Shown piece after piece: positions 39,158 to 49,425 of a DNA stretch of 64,000 nucleotides. Positions within the stretch are counted from its first letter, which is position 1. Each line of letters begins with the position of its first letter. The notes beneath the pieces were generated by a model. That model was not told where the DNA came from and searched no databases. It saw only the letters and a program-made list of their open reading frames with translations. The DNA is taken from IMG/VR virus record IMGVR_UViG_2582581260_000003. One strand, written 5' to 3'. Position numbers and translations under genes: made by a program. The DNA comes from a virus.

Positions 39158-39718
39158 CTAGTAAAAATATGAATTTGAAGGTACTGTATATTCGTTATTT
39201 TCTATTAATAATTCCTGATATCTTGGAAGAGCATATCCCCATAATGCTATTCCAAAGAGTTTTATTGCTTCTTTTTTCTTTATATAAAAGTTTGATCTCT
39301 CCATGCAAAGCGCTTCTAACATTTCCCCCTCTGTCATTGTATATGCTGTAATATAGCATTTTGATAGTATTTCATGATATAACTTCCCATTATGGTGATA
39401 ATCATAAATCTTTATCATGGCTGTATCTATTAAATCTATCATCCATTTCGTTTCAAAGATACCAGATACTTTCTCCATAAAATCTTCTTTTCTTTCTGTA
39501 GGTGCAAAATCATTTAAATAAGTAAGTGCAAGAGATAAATCATTGCTATAATAAGCAGTACATACTTCCTTTACATAATTTACTTCTTTAATTGATGTCC
39601 ATACTACATCTCGGTAAATTACAAGTAATAATTTTGCCTTTCTAAAAACCTGTTCTTCGTCAAGCTGCATCCCCTGATACATTCTTGAAATACTTTTCAT
39701 CATCTTAGTTTTTCTCAT
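39158..39718 (-). CDS. Hypothetical ICE protein (possible regulator)
   Basis: 186-aa ORF. C-terminal EMLEALCMERSNFYIKKKEAI is HTH-like. Confidence 0.65.
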   Translation of the reverse strand: MRKTKMMKSISRMYQGMQLDEEQVFRKAKLLLVIYRDVVWTSIKEVNYVKEVCTAYYSNDLSLALTYLNDFAPTERKEDFMEKVSGIFETKWMIDLIDTAMIKIYDYHHNGKLYHEILSKCYITAYTMTEGEMLEALCMERSNFYIKKKEAIKLFGIALWGYALPRYQELLIENNEYTVPSNSYFY

Positions 39719-39775
39719 AATTCTCTATCCCCCTTATTCTATCATTACAACTTTTATATTATGGTAATATTTACG

Positions 39776-39893
39776 TTGACATTATGTGCAATTTAAAGTA
39801 TTATATATGCAAGTAAATTGCATTGTTTAAATTATATGCAATTACGTTGCTTTTGTCAATATATTAAATCACTTTTAATGCAATTATGTTGCA
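39776..39893. promoter_or_regulatory. Face-to-face sigma-A promoters with three TGCAA-N5-TTGC(A/T) operators
   Basis: Plus strand: TTGACA (39776-81), 17 bp, TATTAT (39799-804). Minus strand: TTGACA (39859-54), 17 bp, TATAAT (39836-31). Palindromes at 39808-22, 39837-51 and 39879-93. Confidence 0.8.
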
Positions 39894-39921
39894 CACAATA
39901 AACTCTTTAAGGAGGATGACA

Positions 39922-40335
39922 ATGAAATTCGGTGAAAAACTCCGTGACCTTCGCAAACAAAATGGATTAACCCAAGCTGAATTAGCTGAAAAAGCAGGGA
40001 TTTCTTTACGAACGGTCAATTATTATGAAAGCGGTACGACCTATCCTAAAAATAGAGAAATCTATACAACCCTCGCTAATATATTGGATGTAGATGTACA
40101 TTATCTACGAAATGAAGGCGATGAATTTATTACAAGGGCAAGTGAAAAATATGGTTATCGTGGTGCAAAGCAAGCAGAAGAACTTGTGGCAGAAATAGGC
40201 GGCTTGTTTGCAGGAGGTGAATTATCTGAATCTGATAAAGATGCAGTTATGCAAGCTTTACAACAGGCCTATTGGGATGCAAAGAAAGAAAATAAAAAGT
40301 ACACTCCTAATAAATATAGAAAAGACAGCGATTAA
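39922..40335 (+). CDS. XRE-family HTH repressor (ImmR-like)
   Basis: MKFGEKLRDLRKQNGLTQAELAEKAGISLRTVNYYESG with AGGAGG RBS. Confidence 0.9.
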   Translation: MKFGEKLRDLRKQNGLTQAELAEKAGISLRTVNYYESGTTYPKNREIYTTLANILDVDVHYLRNEGDEFITRASEKYGYRGAKQAEELVAEIGGLFAGGELSESDKDAVMQALQQAYWDAKKENKKYTPNKYRKDSD

Positions 40336-40402
40336 TATTAATTTTTGGGTAATCATTTAGTAGAACAAATAAGGAGTAAGCTTCTTTTTGGGAGGTGCTA
40401 TT

Positions 40403-40921
40403 TTGGTTGACTCTTATGAAATATTTAATAAAGCAAATAGTATAGTTAAAAAATTAGGAACTAGGGATCCTTTTGTTATTGCAGATGAACTTGGCATTAA
40501 AGTTTATTTCTGTGAATTCCAGGACTTATTAGGTATGTACAGAATTGTTTTAAGACAAAGATCTGTTTTCTTAAATAGTAATCTTGACTACCACTGGCGC
40601 CAAATGGTTTTGGCCCATGAAATTGGTCATGATATATATCATAGGCATTTGGGGGAAAGCGGTCTTAAGGAATTTACTCTTTTTAAATCTATAAATAACA
40701 CCGAATATACTGCAAACACCTTCGCTGCACATCTTCTCTTGGATAATGATTCAGTACTTGAATATGCAAAGGAAGGCTTTGATCCATCTCAAATTGCCAG
40801 TATATTAAATACGGAAACAAACCTTGTGCTTATTAAAATTTGTGAAATGAATAGAATGGGATATAATTTTAAGATTCCATTTCAACCTGAAAAGAATTTT
40901 TTGAAGAAAATAAAAATATAA
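40403..40921 (+). CDS. ImmA/IrrE-family metallopeptidase (anti-repressor)
   Basis: LAHEIGH and EYTANTFAAHLL. Adjacent to the XRE repressor. Confidence 0.9.
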   Translation: MVDSYEIFNKANSIVKKLGTRDPFVIADELGIKVYFCEFQDLLGMYRIVLRQRSVFLNSNLDYHWRQMVLAHEIGHDIYHRHLGESGLKEFTLFKSINNTEYTANTFAAHLLLDNDSVLEYAKEGFDPSQIASILNTETNLVLIKICEMNRMGYNFKIPFQPEKNFLKKIKI

Positions 40922-41214
40922 ATAGTTTATTTTAATTTGATATCAAAATTAACTATATAATATAGATAATTCACCATCTATATTAATTCATAATAGAATT
41001 GAAAGGATTATTTAATTGCTATTTTAATGATGTTTAAACATCTATTTATTCAATTAATTACAGATATAAGTTTCCTACTCATAATGGTATATATATGTTA
41101 TTATACTAAAGTGACACTATGTCCATAAGTAATTTACTATATAGATTATAAAAATAGTTTAGTATGTAAAATAAAATATTAGGTTGTTAAAAAGAAATGG
41201 AGTGAATAAGAATC

Positions 41215-42366
41215 ATGTATAGAACAGTTGATTTATTTGCAGGTATTGGAGGTATTAGAAGAGGTTTTGAAATGACTGGTTTTTTTAAAAATGTTCTTTC
41301 AGCAGAAAATGATAAATTTGCTTGTGAAACATATAAGCATATATTTGGTGAGAATCCCCAAAACGATGTTACAACTGAGGAATTTAAAACTTTAATTCAA
41401 AAAACTGAATATGAAACATTATTGGCGGGTTTCCCTTGCCAATCCTTTAGTAGAGCTGGAAAACAGGAAGGATTTAAGGATAGTACAAGAGGAACTTTAT
41501 TTTTTCATATTGCTGATATAATAGAAAAGACTAGGCCAAGAACATTTCTATTGGAGAATGTTGATAATCTCTTAAGTCATGATAAAGGTAATACTTTTAA
41601 AGTAATTATAGAAACATTAGTAAATGAATTAGGCTATAAAATAATAGGTGTTGAAAAAAATTTAATTGGCGAGTTAATATTCGACAATAAAAGTTTTATC
41701 AGAAATTCTCGTAACTTTGGAATACCCCAAAACAGACCTCGGGTTTACATCATGGGGTTCGATGAAAGATATTATGGTGATGCTGTACATAAGCTTCCTA
41801 TAGAACAACTTCCCTTGGAAAGAAAAAGAGGTCCCATCTATGAAAATTTAAATTCTTTACTAGAATTTAATGCTCCAGCGGAATATTATGTAGCCCAAGG
41901 TTATCTTGATACCTTAAAGAAACATCGACAAAGACACGAAGGTAAAGGTAACGGCTTTGGCTATATGGTTGTTAATGAACCTCATATTGAAAATCCATAT
42001 TCTAATGCAATATTAGCTACTGGTGGTTCTGGAAAGGAAAGAAACTTGGTATTTGACCCACAAGATGGTATAGCTGGGACAATTATAAAAAATAAACAAA
42101 CACCTTTAAATAATGAAGGAATAAGACATATGACTCCAAGAGAATGGGCCAAACTTCAAGGATTTATAGGGTATGCATTTGTTGATGAGGAAGGTATAGA
42201 CAAATTTACAATGCCACCCAATATAAGTAATACTCAATTATATAAACAATTTGGAAATTCAGTTACAATACCTGTCATAGAAGAGATGGCATTGTATATG
42301 AGTGAATGTATTCAATTTTTAGAAAATCAGTTAAAAGAAAGCAAGAAATATGAACAAGCAATTTAA
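41215..42366 (+). CDS. DNA (cytosine-5) methyltransferase; TRD resembles M.HpaII-type enzymes
   Basis: DLFAGIGG, GFPCQ, ENV, PQNRPR and QFGNSV. TRD TLKKHRQRHEGKGNGFGY...GGSGKERNL...MTPREWAKLQGF. Confidence 0.92.
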   Translation: MYRTVDLFAGIGGIRRGFEMTGFFKNVLSAENDKFACETYKHIFGENPQNDVTTEEFKTLIQKTEYETLLAGFPCQSFSRAGKQEGFKDSTRGTLFFHIADIIEKTRPRTFLLENVDNLLSHDKGNTFKVIIETLVNELGYKIIGVEKNLIGELIFDNKSFIRNSRNFGIPQNRPRVYIMGFDERYYGDAVHKLPIEQLPLERKRGPIYENLNSLLEFNAPAEYYVAQGYLDTLKKHRQRHEGKGNGFGYMVVNEPHIENPYSNAILATGGSGKERNLVFDPQDGIAGTIIKNKQTPLNNEGIRHMTPREWAKLQGFIGYAFVDEEGIDKFTMPPNISNTQLYKQFGNSVTIPVIEEMALYMSECIQFLENQLKESKKYEQAI

Positions 42367-43189
42367 ATTTATAGATTTATTTTCTGGAATAGGGGGATTC
42401 CATTATGGACTAGCTCAATGTGGTGGCCAATGTGTTTTAGCATCCGATATTGATTCTTCTGCTCGTAAAACATATGAGATTAATTTTGGCATCCAACCTG
42501 CAGGTGATATTTGCGAATTAAAATCAAATGAAATACCTGAGTTTGATCTTTTATGTGCTGGATTCCCCTGCCAATCATTTAGTAATATAGGCACCAAACG
42601 TGGATTAAAGGATCCACGTGGGGCACTAATATATGAAGTAATAAGAATACTGAATGATTGTAGCCCTAAAGCTTTTATACTCGAAAATGTCAAGGGGCTA
42701 TTGACTCATGATAAAGGAAATACATTTCGTATTATCAAATCGTTACTCGAGAACTGTGAATATAATGTTTTTTATAATATTCTTGAAGCTAAGGATTATG
42801 GGGTACCTCAGATTAGAAAAAGGTTATTTATAGTGGGCATAAAAAAAGAATATGATATAAAATTCAACTACCCTAAACCCACTGGTTGTATCAAAAAATT
42901 ATCTGATATATTGGGCGGAGATACTGAAAGAGAGTATTCATTTACTATAAGAATTGGTGGTAGACGCTCTGGAATTGATAATAGATTTAATTGGGACTGT
43001 TATAATGTTAATGGTCAACCACATTATTTACAAGTAGAAGAATGTTTGGAACTACAAGGGTTTCCAAGAGATTTTCACCTTTTTGGAAATCAAAGTGAAA
43101 AATTCAAACAAGTTGGAAATGCAGTTCCAACAGTAATAGTTCGAGCATTAGGTGAGGAACTTATTAAAACTAAAATCTTTTCGTTATAA
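42350..43189 (+). CDS. Second DNA (cytosine-5) methyltransferase with a short TRD
   Basis: DLFSGIGG, GFPCQ, ENVKG, PQIRKR and QVGNAV. Confidence 0.92.
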   Translation: MNKQFKFIDLFSGIGGFHYGLAQCGGQCVLASDIDSSARKTYEINFGIQPAGDICELKSNEIPEFDLLCAGFPCQSFSNIGTKRGLKDPRGALIYEVIRILNDCSPKAFILENVKGLLTHDKGNTFRIIKSLLENCEYNVFYNILEAKDYGVPQIRKRLFIVGIKKEYDIKFNYPKPTGCIKKLSDILGGDTEREYSFTIRIGGRRSGIDNRFNWDCYNVNGQPHYLQVEECLELQGFPRDFHLFGNQSEKFKQVGNAVPTVIVRALGEELIKTKIFSL

Positions 43190-43232
43190 ATAAAAGCAAG
43201 GTTTATCGAATTCAATAAATCTTGCTTTTATT
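43189..43232. terminator. Bidirectional terminator between convergent RM genes
   Basis: AATAAAAGCAAG...CTTGCTTTTATT inverted repeat. Confidence 0.75.
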
Positions 43233-43235
43233 ATT

Positions 43236-44366
43236 TTACCAAATTTTTTCAAAATCTATAAAACCATTTTCATTTCTAAAGTATTTAACTAAAACTATTT
43301 TATCTTTAAAATTGGATGCAATTGTTAAATCAGCTTCCTTATCTATTCCAATAATATTAGCATAGACCTTTCTCTTTGGAAAGATTGTAGCTAATAAATC
43401 TAAATATTTAATAGTTTGTATTATTGCATCTTTATTTATTATTCCATTCTTTATTTCTAACAACAGCATTCTCGAATCATCTTCATCCATTAAAACAATA
43501 TCTAGTTCATCCTGTAAATGGGGAGAAATTATTGTTTCTAACATTGCATTTGATGAAATCTTAGTAAATGGAATGTCTATTATAGTAGAATTAATTTCCT
43601 CAAAATCTTGTATTAATCTATTTGAAATTTCTGAAGTTGGACACTTTAATCCCCTTAAAATATATGAATATAAAAATGCTTCATCATTGGTAGTAGAATT
43701 AAGAAGAAAACTATCATCCAACCTAAAGCTAGTATCACTATTTAATGAATTAAAATGGTGTCTATGTTTATTTAAAGGTATATCATTGTCAACATCAAAT
43801 CTATGCACTCCAAAGGATTCTAATAACTCTATTAATAGTAATGTTTGTTTGTTAGTAAAAGATGTAACCGACTTCTTTCTAGCTGCACCAATATTCATAA
43901 CAGCTGGATGCCTATAACCCCAAATTTCTTTAGACTCAAATTTCTTTATTAGCTCATAGTTATCTGATATTGAATTACATTCACCTGTAATAGCATTAAA
44001 TAAAAACCTGACTTTACAATCTGTTGTATTGTTAATTTTCATTGGATAAAAAGAAGAATTTAATTCATAAAAGATTGCTGGAAATCCATCGATTATATCT
44101 ATTTTAAAAGGTCCGTGTATTTCTTTACAACCAGCAGCATCACCATTGGTTCTATAGATAAATATTAAATCATGAGGACCTATATTATACATTGATGCAA
44201 TTGCTCTCCAAAAAGACTTAGTCCTAGATATACCTTGATGTGGAAATCCATAAATTCCATTATTTATACTATCGCTAAAAAGATTAGTATTGCAGATACA
44301 TAAATGTGATTGAGATTTATAATTTCTAGCATATTCTTTTATCTCATTAAGCGAGTTAAGCACCAT
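43236..44366 (-). CDS. Putative EVE/PUA-like domain fused to a PD-(D/E)xK nuclease
   Basis: N-terminal HLCICN...NGIYG...IGPHDLIFIY...IHGPF. C-terminal ELDIVLMD...LLLEIK...AIIQTIKY (NucS/Mrr-like D..ExK..QxxxY). Confidence 0.6.
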   Translation of the reverse strand: MVLNSLNEIKEYARNYKSQSHLCICNTNLFSDSINNGIYGFPHQGISRTKSFWRAIASMYNIGPHDLIFIYRTNGDAAGCKEIHGPFKIDIIDGFPAIFYELNSSFYPMKINNTTDCKVRFLFNAITGECNSISDNYELIKKFESKEIWGYRHPAVMNIGAARKKSVTSFTNKQTLLLIELLESFGVHRFDVDNDIPLNKHRHHFNSLNSDTSFRLDDSFLLNSTTNDEAFLYSYILRGLKCPTSEISNRLIQDFEEINSTIIDIPFTKISSNAMLETIISPHLQDELDIVLMDEDDSRMLLLEIKNGIINKDAIIQTIKYLDLLATIFPKRKVYANIIGIDKEADLTIASNFKDKIVLVKYFRNENGFIDFEKIW

Positions 44367-44376
44367 ACCTTCCCCC

Positions 44377-45150
44377 TTATCTATGTGCCCTTATGTGAAG
44401 AGCCCCCCTAAAGTTTCCACTATCATATCTAACCCATTTTGCAATACTAGATGCATTTTTACCTGCATAAGTATCAATATTATAATTTTTCGGCATTCCT
44501 TTATTGGCTCTAACGCTAAAAATCAATTTTTCCCAGAGTTGATCTACTGCCATACTTGGATCTAATATATTCCAAGTATGTTGGCTACATGGATTTGAAT
44601 ATTCTAATACAAACTCTGCGGGGTGCTTAGATTTTCTACTGCCTGATCCAACAAATAAAAAATACTCCAAAATAGGTTTTAAGATGTTCTTTGAATGTCT
44701 AAATGGGGATCTAGGATCTGAGTTTTTTATATCTTCTCCTATTTCTCCCCTTAGTCTTAAATCCCAATATTTATCAATTAGAGCATCCAAATCTAATATA
44801 TTAACTCCTACTTGATTACACACATTTTCAAATCCTGGTCTAGCTGTATGATTAACAATAGCTGGTGGTGCCGCAGAATGAGATTTTAAAGAAAATCCTA
44901 TTCCATTGATATATACATCACTTTTATCATAGGTTCCTCCTTTAATAACACCCATACTATCAGCAAGTTGTATTAAATAATCATCACTTAATTGTGGTAA
45001 GTTATTATGAACATTTCGTGGAAGTATCCCATATTCACATCCACCAAAACCCACACTTTCAATCTGTATACCATTAATACTTTCTCCCAAGTCTCTCAAC
45101 TTTACCAAATATAGTTTAATTAATATTTCATCTCTTTCTCCTGAATTCAT
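44377..45150 (-). CDS. Putative type II restriction endonuclease
   Basis: KSDVYING..FSLKS (D...SxK PD-(D/E)xK variant). Convergent with the two C5 MTases. Confidence 0.65.
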   Translation of the reverse strand: MNSGERDEILIKLYLVKLRDLGESINGIQIESVGFGGCEYGILPRNVHNNLPQLSDDYLIQLADSMGVIKGGTYDKSDVYINGIGFSLKSHSAAPPAIVNHTARPGFENVCNQVGVNILDLDALIDKYWDLRLRGEIGEDIKNSDPRSPFRHSKNILKPILEYFLFVGSGSRKSKHPAEFVLEYSNPCSQHTWNILDPSMAVDQLWEKLIFSVRANKGMPKNYNIDTYAGKNASSIAKWVRYDSGNFRGALHIRAHR

Positions 45151-45428
45151 GATAAAACCCCCTTATTTCTTATAATAATATTGTAATCTAGTTGTAACTT
45201 AATTACAACAAATAAGCATTTATCATTAATGTCCCTAACTAAAATATTCCCTATAATGTTATATAAAGTTAAGTTAATAGTTAAAATATAAAGATATTGT
45301 TCTTTTTCTGCCTATAAATATATTTTTAGAGTGAGTCCTTCTTGTTGGTTCAGGTTGAACTCCACCTCAGTCCAGTGAAAAGACAAACTCCCCCCTTGGT
45401 GGATAGTTTATCTTTTTTACTGGAGACT

Positions 45429-45695
45429 TTATCTTTTTATAAAATATCTATTAGATGAATTACTCCCATTCTCTCTGTAACGTGGCTCCTTAGTTAACAA
45501 ACCACACCTTATGAGATCAGCTATTCCTCGTTTTACTGTACTCCTTGACATAGAAGTTTCTCTTGCAATAGTATTTATAGCTGGCCAGCATTCTCCTTTT
45601 GCATCACTTCTATCCTTTAGATACATATATACAATTTTAGCTCGAGATAGTAACTCATCTGATGAATAGGAATAAATCTTTCCAAAATAACTCAA
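45429..45695 (-). CDS. HTH_36-type winged-helix protein
   Basis: AKIVYMYL...CWPAINTIARETSMSRSTVKRGIADL...SNRY. Confidence 0.85.
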   Translation of the reverse strand: MSYFGKIYSYSSDELLSRAKIVYMYLKDRSDAKGECWPAINTIARETSMSRSTVKRGIADLIRCGLLTKEPRYRENGSNSSNRYFIKR

Positions 45696-45707
45696 TCTCT
45701 TCCCCTC

Positions 45708-47522
45708 CTATGTTCTTAATGTCGGCCTTCGTTTTCTACTTGTTGTTTCCGTTTCATGTGATGGACTATGAACTAAGCCACCACTTTTACTTTTACTGTT
45801 TATGGATTCTATCACTTCTGTATCTCCATCATCTTCTTTTAATATATTTTCCTCTAATTTTTCCTTATTAGCATATGAAACTTTACGATGAGACTTTTCC
45901 TCTACTGTATATGGTTCTCCAAAACTAATACCCCAATCTAAGAATAATCGAAGTACAGTTTTCATTGGATGTGTTCCTGTTTTCATAATTACAAAATTTC
46001 CTTTTGGCAATGATTTCAATTCATCAGCTGTCATAAGTGGGCGCTCCATCATTTGTAAGCTTTGAGAGGGATCATTCTTTCCTCTGCTCACACTACCACT
46101 CATAACAGTTCTACTACCCAATGCTTTAGATAATACCTGAGCTGTTTCTGAATTAGGAGCAAATCCACCAAATATTGTATCTTGACAGTTATCTACAATT
46201 ATTTCAGAACCTTCTTTGCCATAGTTTTTTTGAAGTTGCGCAAAACTTTGAATGATTGGTATCATGCTTAATCTACGAGATCTACTGGCAGAGAATATAA
46301 GCTCCAGTGATTCAATAGGTGGTAGTGTCCCAAGTTCATCTAGATAAAAAACGACCCTGTTTTTTAGTTTACCACCTTGCTCATCTGCTACAGATAAGAT
46401 CTCACGATACAGCTGTTGAATCATAAGAGATACCATAAAATATTTAGTTAAGTCTTCTTCAGGTAATACAATAAATAAAGCTGACTTTTCATTACAGAAC
46501 TTCTCTGCATCTATTGTAGTCTCAAAACATAAAATTTGCTCCATCTCACTATCTAGAAAAGCATTAAGTCTTGATAGAACTGTAGATAGTACTGATGCCA
46601 TGGCTTGCCCTGCAGAGTTTAAGGCTGCACCTGCAAACCATCTTGCCTTATGTTCCTCTGGTAATTTATCCATTAGTATTTGAAATTGACTCTTACCCTT
46701 TATTTTACTTGGTGCAAGTAGATCCTGAACCATTTTAAATACACTTATAATATGGCGACAATCAACATTCTTTCCATCCTCTCCACTAGGTGGGAGGAAT
46801 TCTGCTATTAATAATATTACTGCTGTCAGGAGTCCTTCTGCTGCATCATAGAAAAAGGCATTTTGTCCATAATTAGAACTATCCCCTGATGAATTAATAA
46901 TTGTTTTTGATATAATCTTTGCATATTTCTCAGCCTTTGCCTTTGCAGATAATTTATTCTTATCTTTTAAATACTCATCCATATATTTATTAACTAGATG
47001 AAGCATATTGTTTCCATCACTTCTCGTTGGATTTCTTAAATCAATTACTCCTACATTGTAACCATAATAATCTTTAGAAATTTTCCCATAGTTTCTAAAT
47101 AAATCTCCTTTGGTATCTGTAGTTAAAAAACTCATACCACTAGCACAAGCATATTCAAGATTTGGATATAAGAAAAAGGCAGTTTTTCCAACTCCTGATG
47201 CTCCAATCATGAGGCAGTGAATATCATCTATATCTACTAAGGCTGTGACCCTATTCTTTCCTCCCTTACTTCCTAAAATTATCCCCTGCTCTGCTGGAAG
47301 ATTCTTCCCTTGTCTCCAATCAGAAACATTGAAGGGAATATGCTTATATGTTTTTATAATCTCTTTCCTAGTTGCAAATCTAGCGGTACCATGCTGACCA
47401 TCTCCAACAGTTCTCGATTTTATCCCATTTAAGGTATAATAATGTGCTAGTAGAGACAGTCCTCCTATCACTATAAACATTGAAGCCGCCATACCAATAA
47501 GCAAATATACTTGTGTTTCCAT
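45708..47522 (-). CDS. virD4: Type IV coupling protein VirD4/TraG
   Basis: GDGQHGTARFA, IGASGVGKT, TDTKGD, LDELGT, SRSRR and QSFAQL. Confidence 0.92.
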   Translation of the reverse strand: METQVYLLIGMAASMFIVIGGLSLLAHYYTLNGIKSRTVGDGQHGTARFATRKEIIKTYKHIPFNVSDWRQGKNLPAEQGIILGSKGGKNRVTALVDIDDIHCLMIGASGVGKTAFFLYPNLEYACASGMSFLTTDTKGDLFRNYGKISKDYYGYNVGVIDLRNPTRSDGNNMLHLVNKYMDEYLKDKNKLSAKAKAEKYAKIISKTIINSSGDSSNYGQNAFFYDAAEGLLTAVILLIAEFLPPSGEDGKNVDCRHIISVFKMVQDLLAPSKIKGKSQFQILMDKLPEEHKARWFAGAALNSAGQAMASVLSTVLSRLNAFLDSEMEQILCFETTIDAEKFCNEKSALFIVLPEEDLTKYFMVSLMIQQLYREILSVADEQGGKLKNRVVFYLDELGTLPPIESLELIFSASRSRRLSMIPIIQSFAQLQKNYGKEGSEIIVDNCQDTIFGGFAPNSETAQVLSKALGSRTVMSGSVSRGKNDPSQSLQMMERPLMTADELKSLPKGNFVIMKTGTHPMKTVLRLFLDWGISFGEPYTVEEKSHRKVSYANKEKLEENILKEDDGDTEVIESINSKSKSGGLVHSPSHETETTSRKRRPTLRT

Positions 47523-47562
47523 GATTATCCCTCCCTGCCATTAGAATTTATATTTACTTATT

Positions 47563-48975
47563 TTATTGCATCATCATTTCCTTTACTTGATTTTGGGATT
47601 TCTTAAGTTCAGCCTGTCTAATTAAAACAACTGCTTTTATTGTATTTTCCAGTATTGACTCATATTGTTTTGCAATCCTCATTTTCTCTTCCCTAGAAAT
47701 TATTCCAGTATATTTTTCTATTTCAGCTATACTTTTTCCAATGGCATCTAATCTGTTTTTTAAACCACCGCGATTCTCATATGCCTTATATTCATTAGAT
47801 ACTCTGTTTATAACAATCTCAATATCCTGACTATGTCCTAGTTGCTTGTATTCTTGTTCTACTAGAATTAAAGAAAGAGCAGATAGTTCTTTTAATTTTT
47901 CAACTATCTGCCCTGTATTATTATCCCTGCATTTTATATATACTTTATTTAATTCTTCTATTGTTATCTTTTTCCCCTTAGATTCTAAGGCTATCTCATA
48001 AATCTCTGAACAAGTATCATTTAGTAATAAATATTGAGGATGTTCCTCTGATGATTTTGCTGGTAGATTTAGATTAGCCTTTATATCCTCATTCCAATCC
48101 TTGTATTTAGGAGATAATATTTTGCAATCAACTCCCTTCTTTAGTAATATATCTTCAAATTTTTCACTGGATTCTATACCAGCAATATCATTGTCTAAAC
48201 ACAATATTACCTGATTAATATATGGATATACTTCTATCATCTTTAGCATTGCTTGTTCAGACAAGCCACATAGGGATAAATAATTATCTTCCTTCCAGTT
48301 ATCTTGATTCAGACTGATAAAAGATAACATATCAATTGGTGCTTCAAATACATAAAGTTTGTTACTTCCTCCCATATAATTAAAGCTATAGCAGGGGTTG
48401 CTGCTATCTACATTCCCTTTGAAGGGCTTACCTCTGGTATAGAGTCCCTGCTTGTGGCCATGTCTTGGAACCTTGTTTTCATCTAAACCTACAAAGACTG
48501 CATTATGGTATTCTTTTCTTTTATCCTTTGATATTTCACAACTCTCATATAATAACTTCTCTTTTGCAAAGAAACTAACTACATCCCTATCAATATACCT
48601 TGCCTTTATTAGGTAGGCAAAGACCCTTCGCATATTAGAGTTTTTATTTGGTAATATAAAAGGTTTACTTTCTTCCCTTTCATTATCCCTTGCCCTTTTG
48701 TATACTTCACCCTGGTTATTTCCTAATAAAAATGTAACTGCATATGGAAAACTCATTCCATAAAAATATTGAACAAAGTCAATTGCTAGACCTCCTTCTC
48801 CACTTCCATGGTCATACCATCTATTTCCTCTAATTGTGATGCTGCGATCACTGTCTAGTCTTTTCTCCCTTCCTGATCTAAGTAGTTTCTCTCCCTGCAT
48901 TTCAAGAAAATGCACCAGATCAATTTCATTTGCTCTTTGTTTTTCTTCTTCTGTAAAATGAATATAAACACTCAT
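47563..48975 (-). CDS. DUF3991/Toprim domain protein
   Basis: WYDHGSGEGGLAIDFV, VFEAPIDMLS, LCLDNDIAG and KDWNED. Confidence 0.85.
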   Translation of the reverse strand: MSVYIHFTEEEKQRANEIDLVHFLEMQGEKLLRSGREKRLDSDRSITIRGNRWYDHGSGEGGLAIDFVQYFYGMSFPYAVTFLLGNNQGEVYKRARDNEREESKPFILPNKNSNMRRVFAYLIKARYIDRDVVSFFAKEKLLYESCEISKDKRKEYHNAVFVGLDENKVPRHGHKQGLYTRGKPFKGNVDSSNPCYSFNYMGGSNKLYVFEAPIDMLSFISLNQDNWKEDNYLSLCGLSEQAMLKMIEVYPYINQVILCLDNDIAGIESSEKFEDILLKKGVDCKILSPKYKDWNEDIKANLNLPAKSSEEHPQYLLLNDTCSEIYEIALESKGKKITIEELNKVYIKCRDNNTGQIVEKLKELSALSLILVEQEYKQLGHSQDIEIVINRVSNEYKAYENRGGLKNRLDAIGKSIAEIEKYTGIISREEKMRIAKQYESILENTIKAVVLIRQAELKKSQNQVKEMMMQ

Positions 48976-49111
48976 AGATTTCCTCCTTATCCTTAAGCAT
49001 TAATTTCTGAACTTCTTTAATAGTTTTGGACATAAAAAAACAGTCTCCTCTACAGAAGACTGTGATTTTGCATACTAATGCTCATTTTTTTTATAAATTA
49101 CGAATCCATAA

Positions 49112-49345
49112 TTAATCGTTTCTCATCTTCTTTTTAATTGCAATTTTTAAGAAAATAGCAATAGCTATAATTATAAAAATAACAAAACCCTGTATTTGAA
49201 TACTTGTATACCAGGGTGCAGATTTCACCTCATACAAGTCAGGATGATTTATATAATCAAAATATTTATATATGGAATATCCTATAGATACGCCAATAAG
49301 TGATCCTATTATATAATTTAGAATAGTGTCCAACCTTTTAACCAT
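49112..49345 (-). CDS. Small membrane protein
   Basis: 77 aa with two TM segments and a HPDLYEVKSAPWYTSI loop. Confidence 0.7.
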   Translation of the reverse strand: MVKRLDTILNYIIGSLIGVSIGYSIYKYFDYINHPDLYEVKSAPWYTSIQIQGFVIFIIIAIAIFLKIAIKKKMRND

Positions 49346-49425
49346 AGCAACTACCTCTCTTTATAAAAGTCATAAGAATAATTAATTATGACAATAAGTA
49401 TAGTAGGTATTACTTATATGATATT

